This document shows positions 27,837 to 42,057 of a stretch of DNA of 64,000 nucleotides, one piece after another. The position numbers and the translations under genes are program-made. The first letter of the stretch is position 1, and each line of letters opens with the position of its first letter. Origin of the DNA: Eledone cirrhosa. Its lineage: Eukaryota. The DNA is taken from the NCBI GenBank assembly GCA_964016885.1, contig OZ024740.1, positions 117,676,001 to 117,740,000 on the forward strand. The letters are read 5' to 3'. A model generated the notes under the pieces. It was given only the letters and a program-made list of their open reading frames with translations. It ran no database searches and was not told the DNA's origin.

Positions 27837-28479
27837 AATATATATATATATATCTGTGTGTGTGCGTGTGTGTGTATAAGCGACGTGTTTCCGCATAGTT
27901 TACGCCTATTATATTTTAATTACAACATGCTGCTCCGTAAATGAGAATAACATTTTTTTTTACATAATGAGAGAAACCCAATCAATTTTAGTAAATAGCT
28001 CTGTTAATTCAAATATGCATATATTTACTAGTGGAAAAATTGCTGTGCAATACTGACTTTTAACGTGATGCAGTCCTGTTGGTAATGTGGTTTCAATGTA
28101 GTAGGGGGACGTTTAAAATTGAATAAAATGAAAAATGTATTGCAGAGAATCGAAACCAAGCTATACAGTAGAATAAGCTTACTGGTAGATTACTACTTGT
28201 TTTGCAGGCCTCACTACCAGAAATATATTACCTTTTATTGTAGCGTAAACACTACAGGTTCGCGTGCTGGTCTCACTTTTTCTTCAGAGCTAATGTCTTC
28301 TTTGAAGTCACAAATATCTTCAATACATTCAACGTATTGTTGATAGGTACTCCATTTGCAAATAAGAAAGAATCATTTAGGGAAATATTAAAACTGTTCG
28401 TCTCATTAAATTTCATTGCATGCATACGTATACATACATATATACATACACAAACGCACACATACATATATAGGTGAAT

Positions 28480-28653
28480 CAGACCTGCCAACCTCTAAAA
28501 TCCCAAATAGAGAGTACCATGAAAAAAAGGGCCCCAAAACGGGGAGAAATGAGGCATAATGGGGAAATTTTACATAATGAAAGCTATACCCATTTTCACA
28601 AGAGAAATTGGGCGTAAGATCCCTCCGTCCGACGGGGAGAGTTGACAGGTCTG
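28480..28653. mobile_element. MITE with CAGACCTG(C/T)CAAC terminal inverted repeats
   Basis: cagacctgccaac ... gttgacaggtctg; target duplication unclear. Confidence 0.7.
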
Positions 28654-29553
28654 ATGTATGTATACAATATGATATAATATACAGCGTCATTATAAAGTTC
28701 TTGTGAAATTTTAAATTTTAATGACTTCAGAGCTAATGCCTTCCTTTCAGTTGTGAATATCTTCAATACATTCAAATCCATTGGAGAAATATCAAAACTG
28801 TTCGTCTCATTAAATTTCATGATTACTATTATAACTATTTTTTACCTGTGCATGTTAAATACATATAAAAATATGCGAACGAATTTCTAAATGTTTCACG
28901 TTTGAAATTTTCTTGAATGATGAAATCTCTTAATGTAAAATATTGACACCCAAGATTGTTTGATATGAAGTGAAACTGACTTTTCTCCCCTCTTTGATAA
29001 TGACACGATCATATTTCATGATTTTGGCATACTTCTGAAAGTAGCCAATAACATTCCTTCATTTCTTTTCCATGATCTTATTAATTTAACCAAATCACGC
29101 TGATTATATATATATTGTTTAAATATACCGGTAAAAACAATGGCTATTTTAATCAGAATATTTAGATTGCCTATTTTTCACATAGTTTGGACTTTTAAAC
29201 CAGGAAGCGTATCCTTACCACTGACGCAATTTATTGGGTAAGCGTCGAATGAAGAATTATATAATTTAATTTAAATTACAAATAATTCTAAATAAATATA
29301 TGACATTCACTTTGTTAGAAGGCAAGTGATGAAGTAAATCATAAACTAGCAAATCGTCGAACATAGTGATGCACTAATTAGTTTTGCGCTTATTGAAAAA
29401 GTAAAATGAATGCTTCAATGTATTCGAGGATAGTTAGTCATCAGGAAAACGCATAGTTCGGAGAAAAAGGAGGCTGGAAGTTTGAAAAAAGTTAAGAGAG
29501 AAACAAAGAGAGGGAGTGGGTGGGGTGGAGGTTAGCAAGATGGGTGAGGTTGG

Positions 29554-29611
<58 letters not shown>

Positions 29612-30263
29612 CTGGTTATAATGTAACTATATATTGAAGAATGGAAAGAAGAAGAGAATGGGAGAAAGAGAGTCTAAAGCATCAGATGAAAAATCGTCAT
29701 ATTTCTCACCAGTCGTAACGCCTATTAAACAGCTAATCCACACAAAAAATAATCGAGAAAAATACTTAAAGAAGCCTCCTGCACACAGAGCAAATAGTAA
29801 TGTTGGTACTAAAATACTTAATGTTGAGAGCTAATACGTTGTAATGAATTAAAATGACGCCCGCGGTGGGGGAAATATATAAGTTTAATGATTGCTTATA
29901 ATTAAGCAATGCAGGAGTGACAACCAAAAATTTAATCCATAGTCAGATTTATAGGTTATGGTTTAAATAGCTTAAGTAACCGCACCGCTAAATTTTTTGT
30001 ATTCACGAAGTTTTAAAAGAAGGCTTCACAATTGCCGAACTGGGGACTGTTTCTCTCGTTAATTTTAAGTTTCCTCATACATTTAGTTTTCACATTGTAG
30101 ATATGTGACCAACTAGTTATTAATTTTTTAATCACAGAGATGGTGCAGTATGTTTTTTAGCGGATAGTCGGAGGACTTGTATCATCTTATTGATGAAAAA
30201 AGCTCAGTGTATTCCTTTTCAGTGGTGACTATATATACAATCTCTCTGAGTACAGATCCGCGC

Positions 30264-30322
<59 letters not shown>

Positions 30323-31119
30323 TGTGTGTTTGTGTGTGTGTTTGTCTGTGCGTGAGTGTGTGTGTGTGTGTATGTGTGTGCAATCTCTGATTGACTGTAC
30401 CAAATGAGATAACATTGTTCAGAACAACCGTTCTTTTTAAGCCCAGTGGGAGGTTATTTTTGACCAGGCATCGCAGAGACGACTAAACTTTATAGTATGT
30501 ATATAGAGTATACACTATCGTACATTTACTCTAAGCGAAATAATGCTTGCAGCAATATTCCAGTAGTGAGCTGTTTATGCAAATCTGATTTTTCGGGTTA
30601 AAGAAGATGCTAACATTTTTGAGGTTAATGATAGGAATGTTGCCTAATATTTATGAGTTTGTCATTGGTATGGACCGTATTTGTGAGTATGTAAGTTGAG
30701 AATAGGAAAGTTAGTGTCCATGATTAACATTTCCTAATCAACTACATCTATAGGAAACATTTCAATTGGACGTGCATAAAAGGTAGTTATGGCTGCAGAC
30801 CTAACACGGATAAACATCACATCATAGAAGCTGATACAAGGGAAGCAATTCACGCATACCTGTAGAACATTTTGTTAATTACATCCCTTACATTAACTGG
30901 CATCTACTCAGGCATACCATACATAAATGCTATTTCCCATCTGGGGCACACTTAACATAGAGTCCGAGGAATGCCGTGTGAAATACCCGTGGCATGAAAT
31001 ACCAAATAACGATGTTTTAAATTGTACAAGGACTATATCAATATACATTTATATATATAGATAGATAGATATGTCTCATTACAGTTGAACATTGCAAACT
31101 TGACTGTCACCACACATTA

Positions 31120-31158
31120 TGAACCTGAAGATTGCGAAAGCATGAAAGTACTTGTTCA
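31120..31158 (+). ncRNA. Minimal type I hammerhead ribozyme
   Basis: tgaac-CTGAAGA-tTGCgaaaGCAt-GAAA-GTAC-TT-gttca. Confidence 0.8.
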
Positions 31159-31270
31159 ATTAACACTTAACATTTAATATTCTATCATACTATTTCATTA
31201 TAATACCATTATAAATTTTAAAGGATTGTAAATAAAACGAGTAAATCAGACAAAGTTGGAATTCCTCTTA

Positions 31271-31337
<67 letters not shown>

Positions 31338-32068
31338 CCGCTCAAATACTCACACAAACATGCACACACACACACACACACGCATTCGCACACACGTGCG
31401 CACATAAATGTGAACCCCTCCACACACACAAACATGCACACACACGCACATTCGCACACATGTGCGCACATAAAAATGAACCCCTCTACACCACCGCTCC
31501 CCCCACACACATATATATATATATATATAAATATATATATATATATTTATGCATATTCACTTCCTTTAGTACCCATTTTATCTGCGAGTTGTCTTTCAGA
31601 TTTTATACAGATAAAATAATCTGCACACGCCCAGAACTAGGAAAGGCAATCCTTGCTAAATGATTGCTCACTGTATCATCACCATCGTATATTTTTCCTT
31701 CCTCATTTTACATCTTATATTAAGGACATAAAATTTTGTTTGTCTCTTACTTTCTCTCCTTGACTCTATATCTCTTTATCTCCCTGCAGATGTTTGTGTT
31801 TATATGTGTGGACAAGAAGAGAATGCATTTTGTGTGTCTCTATGTATGTATGTATATTTATCTATTTGGGTGTTCGTGTATGCCTAATCTAATACATTTG
31901 GAAAGCAGATCATTTTGGAGAGGAGAGTATACATTTCGAAGGGAAACAGAAATGGAGAGAGAGAGAGAGAGAAGTGATGAAAATCCAATGGGTTAGGAAT
32001 AGTAAGATGAAAGAAGGCTACTTATTTGACATTTAATATTTTTCCTATTTCAGCCTACTCTTCTTCTT

Positions 32069-32129
<61 letters not shown>

Positions 32130-32189
32130 ACGTGATAATATCTGTTCGACAAAGTCAGCAATGCGAGAAGGCAGGGTAATGTGAAAGTG

Positions 32190-32340
32190 ATACCAGTTGC
32201 GATGGGGCATTAAGATCAATCCCCATTGAAACTACAAGATTTCTTAAAGCGGTTGGAAATACTATGCAATTTTGGTGCCATAAGAAAATAAGCCTTGGGA
32301 GGTAGTGCGCATGTTTAAAGGAAAGTTTGAGGTCTTTATT
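32190..32340 (+). mobile_element. Degenerate 3' end of an R4/Dong-like LINE next to (TAC)n
   Basis: Frame-corrected translation resembles GALxSIP..L.I......K..LG.AH..RKV, the C-terminus typical of this clade. Confidence 0.5.
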
Positions 32341-33233
32341 GGAACTTGATAGATCACTAAATACTCCATAACGCGTTGACCTACAGCCTATCGAAATATA
32401 ATTTAAATTTGAACCACTTTTCTGAAAGAACACTCCCAAAGTTTTGGCGCGAAAGTAAAAAAAATTCGATGCATAATCATGTGATCTTTCTCAACATATC
32501 ACATGGTACTTTAAACATATAGCAATCTGAGCCACATTTTTAATATAAAAGTAAAATAATTTCCCAACACCAATTAGCTGTAAGTTAAAGTCAGCATAGC
32601 CAAACATTTCTCCATCTCTCCTAATTTTTGAAAATCATGAAACATGTGAAACCGGTAAGGTAATAAATCATAGTAAATAAATCTTCTGAAAGACTCAAAT
32701 TGCATTTTCAACTTATTTTTTGCTACTTTTGTTTGACTCACGGGAGTTTTGTGCTATAAGAGGCACAATACCTTTTCCTCGTCACGTGGAATTATATGTG
32801 TACTTGACTAGCTTAATTGTTATAAGTTGCTGTTTTGTTTCATCTCTTACTCCATACGACAGCGCTCTGACTTGTGTCAGATGTTGTGACCCCGGCTTGC
32901 CCAGCAGTACCCTTGGTAGGGGTCAAAACTGCCAAATTCATCGCAACGGCTGATGACCCTAGAGTACTGTGTCTTTCGTATATATATATATATATATATA
33001 TATGCACAGGTTATATTTAAATTGTTGGGATTCAACAAGCTTAAAAATTTTATAAAATTTTATAACAGTTTAGTGGAGTAAATATTCAATATGGGTATGT
33101 CAATATTTATTTATAAAACAAATCTGTAATTTATCTGATGAAAGCGCACCATAATTCCACTATCCAGGGAACTTCAACCGTTAAAGTTGTCTTTCTTCCG
33201 GGTATGTCAATATTTATTTATAAAACAAATCTG

Positions 33234-33299
33234 TATTTTATCTGATGAAAGCGCACCATAATTTGCCTTGGTTGCCCTTGAAATATATATAATAAAATA
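33234..33299 (+). ncRNA. Type I hammerhead ribozyme
   Basis: tattttat-CTGATGA-AAGcGCACCA...TGGtTGCcCTT-GAAA-TATATA-TA-ataaaata; 8 bp stem I. Confidence 0.8.
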
Positions 33300-33341
33300 A
33301 TTATGGTTTTATAAATATAGTTTCCATTTATTAATATAGTG

Positions 33342-33446
<105 letters not shown>

Positions 33447-34324
33447 GTGTGTATAATGGTAGCTATGGTGCTTCCATAGGCGGTATGCCAAAATTAGCAC
33501 TCAATATTCATACAGAGCAGAGTGTGGATAGTATATATATATTTTATATATATATATATCACTGATTTTTCGTTTTTTTTATACTATATTTATATATATC
33601 TATATCTATATATATAAAACTGTAGATGTCTGTCTGTGTGTGTGTATGATTTTTATGCATTCCCACATTTCTCTACCGATTTTGATGAATGTTTTTCCAA
33701 TGTGCTCCAAATTTACCAGGGCAGGTCAACGCGTAATTATTTTTGCCAAAAAATGTCCTGCTTCTATGAAAAGAAATCGATAAAACTAAATACATGCTGT
33801 AACCCTCTCTCTTACACGCTTCATTCCTCTCACTACTACCATAAAAAATATATGAAACTACATACATGTTGCAACTCTCTTTAAAAGGTTCATATTTTTC
33901 TCTACTCCACTCTCAATCTTCTCTGCAACTCTCTTTAAAAGGTTAATCACTCTCTCTACTCCCCCCCCCCCAATCTCCTCTGCAACTCTCTTTAAAAGGT
34001 TACTGCTTCCGTCTACTACCCTATCAACATTACAATTTACAACAACGACAAAACTTCTTTTGAAGGAACGCGACACAAACTTTGAAACCTAAGCAACACA
34101 ACAACCATAGCTTTACTCTCTCCGTCGCTCTTCCCTCTCTCTACAATAGATTATTCCCCCTCTCTACAGTCATAACGACACTCATACATCAAATATCAAA
34201 ATGTAAAAAGCCGATAACACTAAATACATACTGCTCTCTCAACGTTACATTTTACATCAAATAACAAATATTCAAAAGCAACAGATGAATTCATAAAACA
34301 ACAAACGTAACAATAACGACATCT

Positions 34325-34612
34325 CTATAATTTAACTGCTTTACTCTCTCTGTCCCTCTTCACTCCCTATATGACAACACTGCAGAGAGAGAAACAATGT
34401 ATATGATCAAATGGAGCGTTCTGTATATTCTCCCCCTCTATAATTTAACTGCTTTACTCTCTCTGTCTCTCTTCACTCCCTATATGACAACACTGCAGAG
34501 AGAGAAACAATGTATATGATCAAATGGAGCGTTCCGTATATTCCCCCTCTCTATAATTTAACTGCTTTACTCTCTCTGTCGCTCTTCACTCCCTATATGA
34601 CAACACTGCAGT
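34325..34612 (+). repeat. 113 bp tandem repeat (about 2.5 copies) in the Helitron 5' region
   Basis: ctataatttaactgctttactctctc starts at 34325, 34438 and 34551. Confidence 0.9.
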
Positions 34613-34739
34613 GGAGCGTTCCGTATTGAGCGTTCCGTATTGGCATACGGCTTATCTGGGGCATTTTCAATCGGCTTATTGCAAATAACAACCCGCAAAA
34701 TAACACTTCATATAACAGATTAATGCTATAGACATATGA

Positions 34740-36837
34740 ATCGGAATGTAACCCGTGAACTTTTTCCTAGGCAAAATTATTCGAACAGACATGACCTCAT
34801 TGCCAGAGTGTTCAGACTGAAACTGGCTAAACTCATGGCTTTAATAAAAAAAGGTCAGGTATTTGGGGCTGTAAAATGTGACATGTTCACCGTCGAATGG
34901 CAAAAACGATGGCTGCCACATGCTCACATTTTGATTTGGTTAGCTGATAAAATCAATTCAAATGCCATGGACAGCTTCATTTCGGCTGAAATCCCTAACC
35001 CAGCAACTGACCAGGAATTACATGACATCGTCAAAGCTAACATGGTCCGTGTGCGTCGGGTCCTAATGGGCATCACACGTGGTATCCCTTACGGTCGTGC
35101 AGTAAGGGATACAAAAAAAAATTGTTGACGAGACTCAGACTGGTGGCGATGGGTACTCCCTGAACAGGCGGAGACGGCCCGAGAACGGTGGCTTCACCAT
35201 AACAGTAAAGGGAGGTCAAGTCGACAATAGATGGGTGGTCCCTTACTGCTCGCTTCTCTTGAAGATGTTCAACGCCCACATCAACGTTGAGTTTTGCAAC
35301 TCCGTCAAGTCTATAAAATACATATGCAAATATGTAAATAAGGGCTCTGATGAGGTCACAGAATACCTGGCGGGGCGGTACATCAGTAGCAATGAAACTT
35401 TTTGGCGCCTATTTGGTTTCCCCCTACACCAACAGCCCCCCGCCATCGTACAGCTTGCGGTACATTTGGAAAATGGGCAAAGGGTTTACTTTACGGACCA
35501 AACCGCCGCCGAGCTGGCCGCCGATCCGAAAGAGACACCTCTAACAGGTTTCTTCAAACTTTGCCAGTTCGATACATTTGCGCAAACAATTGTGTACCCC
35601 CAGGTTCCATCCGACTTTATATGGTCGAAAAACACTTGGGTGAGAAGAAAGTCAGGTCAGGCTGTTGAAAGACATCCTGGTGTAAAATTTGACAGCTGTC
35701 TTGGAAGGGTTTATACACTGTGTCCCCAAGTCAGCATGAGTGCTTTCATCTCTGCCTTCTTCTGCATGAAGTTGTAGGCCCACAAAGTTTTCAGGACCTC
35801 AAAACTGTTGATGGAGAAATATGTGATACGTACCGGGAAGCCTGCTTTAAGCGTGGTCTTTTGGAAGATGATTCACAATGGGATTCCACTTTAGCAGAGT
35901 GTGCTTTGTTGAAATCACCTAAAGGTCTAACGGGAACTCTTTGCCATTTTGCTTCAAAAGTGTGAATTGGGTGATCCCAAATCTTTATGGGTCAAGTATA
36001 GAGACTTCATGTCTGAGGATTTCCTCCGCCTGGCTCATCTGCAGCATCCTTCAGTGGAAGTTGCTTACAGCGGCATTATCTACAACAGGGCACTCATTGA
36101 TATCGAGGACGCCCTCCTCGACATGGGTGGGAGTGGGTTGGCGACGTATGGCTTGCCGTCAACCGTCACAGATGAAGCTAACACGTTGGCTCCGGATTTG
36201 TTGCGGGAAACAGCATATGACATCGAATCTCTTTCCCAATACTTAGCGGAAAATGAGCCCAAACGTCTGTCGGACCAAAGGTTGGCCTATTTAACTATCA
36301 TTGACGCGGTTCAAAATCAGACTGGGGGTATTTACTTTCTCGGTACGTGGGGGTACCGGAAAAACTTTTGTAACAAAATTGATTCCCGCTAAGATTCGTC
36401 AGGAGAAAAAAATTGCGTTGGCCGTTGCATCGTCCGGGATCGCTGCTACTTTGCTGCCGAGAGGCAGGACAGCACATTCAACCTTTAACCTCCCCTTGGA
36501 TTTAGTAAAAACTGAGACACCAAGATGCAATATCAGCAAAAGATCACACGAAGCTCTGGTTCTCAAAAAATGTCGCCTCATTGTTTGGGATTAGTTCCCA
36601 ATGGCACACAAGGGTGCCCTTGATGCATTGGACATGGCCCTGAAAGACATTAGGGATTCTACGGTTCCTATGGGTGGCGTAACCCTTCTGCTATCAGGGG
36701 ATTTTCGGCAAACACTGCCTGTCACCCGCAAAGGGACAAGAACTGATGAAGTGCGTGCCTGCCTTAAGTCGTCCACGTTGTGGCCCCAGGTGAAGACTTT
36801 GTACCTGAGCACAAATATGCGTGCTCATAGCAAATGA
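34740..36837 (+). pseudogene. Helitron Rep-helicase, frameshifted and truncated
   Basis: HUH motif VEWQKRWLPHAHILIW, NAHINVE..SIKYICKYVNKG, LAVHLENGQRV, GGTGKTF, ASSGIAATLL, GRTAHSTF, GDFRQTLPV, LSTNMR. Confidence 0.93.
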
Positions 36838-36869
36838 ATAAACCCGAGCAACGCCGGGCTAAATTGCTA

Positions 36870-36909
<40 letters not shown>

Positions 36910-37032
36910 TTAAAAAAATGATTTTTTAAGATTTCAGCTTTAAAAAAAGTGTTTTTCGTTTTGCCTTCATTTCGTTCGTTGTCTTGTCCTCTCTTTGTTG
37001 ATGTTTTAATTACACACACACACTCGCGTGTA

Positions 37033-37064
<32 letters not shown>

Positions 37065-37067
37065 TGC

Positions 37068-37108
<41 letters not shown>

Positions 37109-37384
37109 CGCGCGCGCGTGCGTGCGTGCGTATAATTAAAATTTACCTTCAGCATAGCGGTATACATATATGTATGTAAATTTCGTATATTTAAAGATAT
37201 TCGGTATGTTTAATAAATAAACATTTTGAATGTCAAGCCATGAATATTGAAAGGCTGCGCAATCTAGCAGATTCCAGCAGAAGCAGCGACATTCATAGGG
37301 CTGGCTAACCAGAGAATCCAATAAATTCCGAATTAACATGACTACAAAATATATGTACTCCCCCCCCCCCCCCCCTCTGATACC

Positions 37385-37610
37385 TGTGGTATCAGTTGTC
37401 ACTGACAACTGTATATTGAGAGCAGCGATGAATCTTCATCAGTTTCAACAATGATTGCTCCAGTTGTTTGATCAAAGTAACAGCATCCTCATGTTATTAA
37501 CATGCGAATGGCTGAGCATTCCTCAGCTACGCGGACCTTTAACGTAATTCACGTGACGCTTCAGCGTAACGCAGTGACAAAGCTGGTCATTTAAATTACC
37601 GGCACATTCA
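37385..37610 (+). repeat. Dispersed repeat, homologous to reverse complement of 52660-52810
   Basis: Shared gatcaa..aacagc..attaac.tgc...tggctgag.attcc blocks. Confidence 0.6.
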
Positions 37611-37619
37611 TCTGGGGGT

Positions 37620-37770
37620 TCTTCCAAACATTATCCGCCTACCTATTTCACTGACAATGCATGGTTTGACCTAGGTTATGGTAAATGTTACTTACCCAAG
37701 ATGTCACGCAGTGGGACTGAACCCGAGGCCTAATAGCTAAGAAGTGAATCTCTTAACCATTCGGCTATGT
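37620..37770 (-). mobile_element. Second-family tRNA-derived SINE (CORE-like)
   Basis: Minus: atagccgaatggttaag..gggttcagtcccactgcgtgacatcttgggtaagt. Confidence 0.7.
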
Positions 37771-38301
37771 TGTCTACATATCTATCAAGAATAGTCGTAT
37801 TCAGTAAAAACACATTTGCCAGTCTCATCCACATTCAGCAAATATACCGAACAAAACCTACTTCTCCCTTCTCAATTGTATCCACTACACTACCTCGTAT
37901 ACCATCGCTGCTGGGCAGGGGAAAATTGTTTTGCCCTTCCCATTTTTTTATAGCTTAGTCACTATCAGCTTTGTCATGTATATAGAGTTATTAAAATGCA
38001 CAAATATTAAAATATAACCATATACATATTGTGAAGCCTAGTTTTTTTAATATTCTTTTTTGAAAGGTTTTAATTAACTAGAGAGACTAGATGTAACATT
38101 GCTTCTCTGGTATGAACAAAGCTAGGGTTTTTATGTTTTAGAAAACCAGATGGATTTCAAGATTGCTTTTCATCGAAGAATCGCAGGTTTGTTGGGAGAT
38201 GTTTCTGGTGCATGTGGACAACACATGTAGTAGTACATCCATTCGAGTATACATACAGTTGATAAAGTGTGGAGGAAAAAAGGAGTGACTGAGTGCGTAT
38301 G

Positions 38302-38426
<125 letters not shown>

Positions 38427-38510
38427 GAGAGATATGATTTAGATAACATCAGTAGCAACCTGAATATTTTGCATCTCCCACACAAATATTATATATATAT
38501 ATGTGTGTGA

Positions 38511-38573
<63 letters not shown>

Positions 38574-40419
38574 GGTATGTATGTATATGTGTGTGTCTGT
38601 GTGTTTGCATCTCTGTATGTGTGTATGTGTGTGGGTGTGTGAGAGAAAGTGTGTGTGTGTGTAATTTTGCTTGGCTTGCTATTGAGGAACTCTCGGAAAA
38701 TATGTTGAAAATGTTTGAAAATTCACTTCAAAGTATCTCTTACCGTGCAGAATACCGGTATTTCTTTAAAATAATTCCTTGGCGTCCTTTCAGTAGTTAA
38801 TGATTTTAACAGAACATAGCTCGACCCCTCCTCAACTCACCCCTTCGAACATAAGTTTACAAAGAAAAAAAACCAACGGGGAAATCTATACACGATTACT
38901 TTACTTATTACCAATAGCAGCCAAATCTCCTTTATATCACAGTCAATATTGTATAATAAAGAAGGATACATTGCCCAATTTAGACCCAAACATACGAAAA
39001 GACGGGATGTTTGTAGCCGGTATGAGTCTATCAGACTTGATCTGAGCTAAATAACCACAACAACCATGTAGATTCTACATGATTGTATGGTTTGCTAGGT
39101 AAAACAGATTGCACTTTGACAACATTAAAAACAAAGAAACGTACTGGTTTTAAAGTCATGACCTGGATGTGCCCCTCCCACCTTCCAATGTAAGAACTTA
39201 AGTGCCGAAACACTCGCCTGAAAGGTTTTTTTTTCTCTGAAAACCTTCTGCCGTCCAGCTCTCCTGAGAGATTTTGATACACTGTACTTCAAAGAACTTT
39301 GGTCACCACGATAACTATACTAGATGAACTTAAACGCCATGAACACCAACAGTAGCATCACCACCAATAACATCATCAGCAGCAGTAGCTATAGCAACAT
39401 CATCTTCTAGAATATAACTTATGTGTGAATCTGATTCGTCGTAGTCGTAGTTTTTCTATTGAATATGCAAAACAAATATCACGACTTGGTATTAAAATTC
39501 CTTCATAAAGACTATTAATCACCGAAAACATTGATAATAATAATATACGTAAATGACAACAGCAACAATAACAATAATAGTATTTCCTGACTCTACAGAT
39601 AGCTTATTTGATTGGCGCTGCAAGAAAAAAACGAACAGTGATAGATACCTTAATTTGTAAAGCACAGCTTGATATCTAGCTAAGCAAATATCAACAAAAG
39701 ACCAATGAAATGTTGAATAAAGCCACACGTGGAAATTTCACGGTTCCACAACTTACTTGAGTTACATATTTCGCTAACAGAAATATTTGAGTTTGTTTTC
39801 CATTCTCTACATTTGCTCTACATTTTTACATCATATTTCTATTGAATAGCACAAAATTACATGTTAGCGTTCATTTACAACATACACACATACAATCCCT
39901 TGGATAATGTTCAAACTAATTTTCACATACAACCGCACACATTCACACTCACACATTCACATTTCACATACACATGTTCTTATACACCGCCACAACTACC
40001 ACTAATCAATATCCTTTCCTACAACGCCACTATTTAGTAGCTATTAGAATTATCACAATATGTGTATGAGTTTGGAACTAATGACATGTGAAGAAAATAT
40101 CAATGTGATATTGTAAGATGCGAATATTTCCTCTGAAGGAAACTTACCTCTTCTTAATTTTATATATATTTATGTATTTTTAAAGTCTTTAGTGAAATAA
40201 ATTAAATGAAATTATTAAGTGGAGGGAAAATATTCTTATGGTTTAAGTCAAATAATTACTATATGGTTTTACGAGCATTTACTGGAATCCTAAGCAAACG
40301 AGAATTTTTAACTAACCCTACCTTTCCTCTTTAATTCATTTGTAGAAACGCGTTTAAAACTAATAGAACTGTTGAATATTTTGTCTGAATCCTTGGATTT
40401 ATTAGTTATTATTAATGAT

Positions 40420-40615
40420 GAGTTCGAATCCCGCCAAGGTTAGCTATACCTTTCTTCCTTACGGGGTTGATAAATAAAGTACCAGGGTCGATTTAATCGA
40501 ATTTTTCCTCCCCTTCAAATTGCTGGACTTATGCTTAAAGTAGAAACAATTATTAATGAAATCGACTTTCTCTTCCCCCAAAAATTGCTGGCCTTGTGCC
40601 TAAATCAGAAACCAT
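40420..40615 (+). mobile_element. 5'-truncated main-family SINE with duplicated 3' tail
   Basis: gagttcgaatcccgcc..core..two successive aatcga..attgctgg..agaaac tails. Confidence 0.8.
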
Positions 40616-40739
40616 TGATTAATACTCTGGGAACCCATACACGTAGAGCATTTTGGATAAATTGACCCAACGAATCACACGGTTCGTTCCATTTGAGGAT
40701 TAAAGAAACACGTTGAGTTTAATCTTGGTATAATTCAAC

Positions 40740-42030
40740 CATATATCTTATATGAATTGATACATTTAACATCTAATTGAGATATACATGTGTGGGTAAT
40801 AGGACAATGGGATTGATGAGTTAATATATGTATACAGCAACTATAACGGTACGCGATGGGGCCCACCCACAGCCCCGGCGGACAGAATGAAGAAGGTGTT
40901 TCCCCGGTGGACGGCAAGGCAGACGTGCTGGAAAAGCCACTCCAACTCGCGGGGCTCACACCTGCGGCTGGCCAGCTCATCGCCTATGGTGGTGAGTAAA
41001 GAGGTAGCCTTGGGGCCGAGGACACCAGAAGTCTCCACTGCCAGAGGTACGACCGCAAACCTGTCGGAGAGCGACCGGTACTTGAGGAGTTTGGCCCCCT
41101 CAGCCCGACGTGCAGCAGAACCTGGGTCAGTCGCAGACTGCACCAGGTTGCGGCTGCAGAAAGTGTCGGAGGAAGTGGCATCCCAGACGAGGGGTTTGCC
41201 ACCGCGGAACGGGGAGATGGTCATGCCATCTGGCCTTTTGCCGTCCCCTCGATCCATCCCCACCGGCTCGAGCTGGGAAGGGAAGCCTGCAGCGTCCAAG
41301 CCATGCTTAATGACCTTGTTGAGGGCAGCATGGCGTGGAATGCGGCCGGCACTGTGGCGACAGGAAAGCGGGTGGAGGCCGAAAGAGTCCACGGTGAAAC
41401 CGCAGCGACATTGGTGTGGCTGGCAGATCCGGAGGCCGAGCCTCAGAGAAACGCCGATGCGCAGGCTATGGTTGTCTAGCTGCGTGCCATTGGAGAAGGA
41501 GGGCAGGGCATGGAGCCAGACACCACTGTGGGGTTTGGAGGCCGCACGAAAACAAGCAAGGCGGTGCTGGTCCAGCTGGCGCGTGAGCCTGTCTGAGGCC
41601 AGGCTGCACTGGATGGCATCCCAAGTGCGTTGGGGGAACTTAACGTCAACAGGGGAGAAGGAGGAGGGACGTCTACTGGGCTAATTCCCAGCCGGTCCCA
41701 CGTCTCACAGGCAGCCTCACATTCTCTGAACACAGAGGGTTTTGTTGTGTTTTGAAGAACCCTGCTGACGAGGACGAGGCACGAGCTAACCGACGAAAGA
41801 TACGCCGGCAAAGCTAGTGAGATCGGGGACCGGAGGCCAAGGCCGCCATACCTGACAGGTAAAGTGGCCTGTTGCCATCCTATGTCGTCAAATTTGACGT
41901 TGCATATCTCCTCGGCTGCTGCTCGGATACAAGTATCGACGTCAGCGAGGAGAGATGTCTGGGTGTAGCACGGAGCGCTGCGGAGTGTATAGAGGAGCTT
42001 CGGCATGGCGAAGCAGTTCCTCAGCAGGAG
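40740..42030 (-). mobile_element. CRE-clade-like non-LTR retrotransposon, 3' part with restriction-like endonuclease
   Basis: PKLLYTLRSAPC, QATLPVRYGGLGLRS, GLHPLSCRHSAGRIPRHAALN, DGKRPDG..PLVWDAT, K..KY, PLAVETSG (ORFs 41476..42006 and 40841..41392). Confidence 0.88.
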
Positions 42031-42057
42031 AAATACGGTATATATCTGAAAGATATA

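Larger units (their letters stand above)
33605..36870 (+). mobile_element. Helitron with decayed Rep/Pif1-helicase coding region
   Basis: 5' TCTATATATATAAAACTG; 3' hairpin CCCGAGCAACGCCGGG + CTAG|T; RepHel motifs inside. Confidence 0.95.

Noticed and set aside
40887-41684. 265 aa plus-strand ORF
   Set aside because: Antisense shadow of the GC-rich CRE-like coding region
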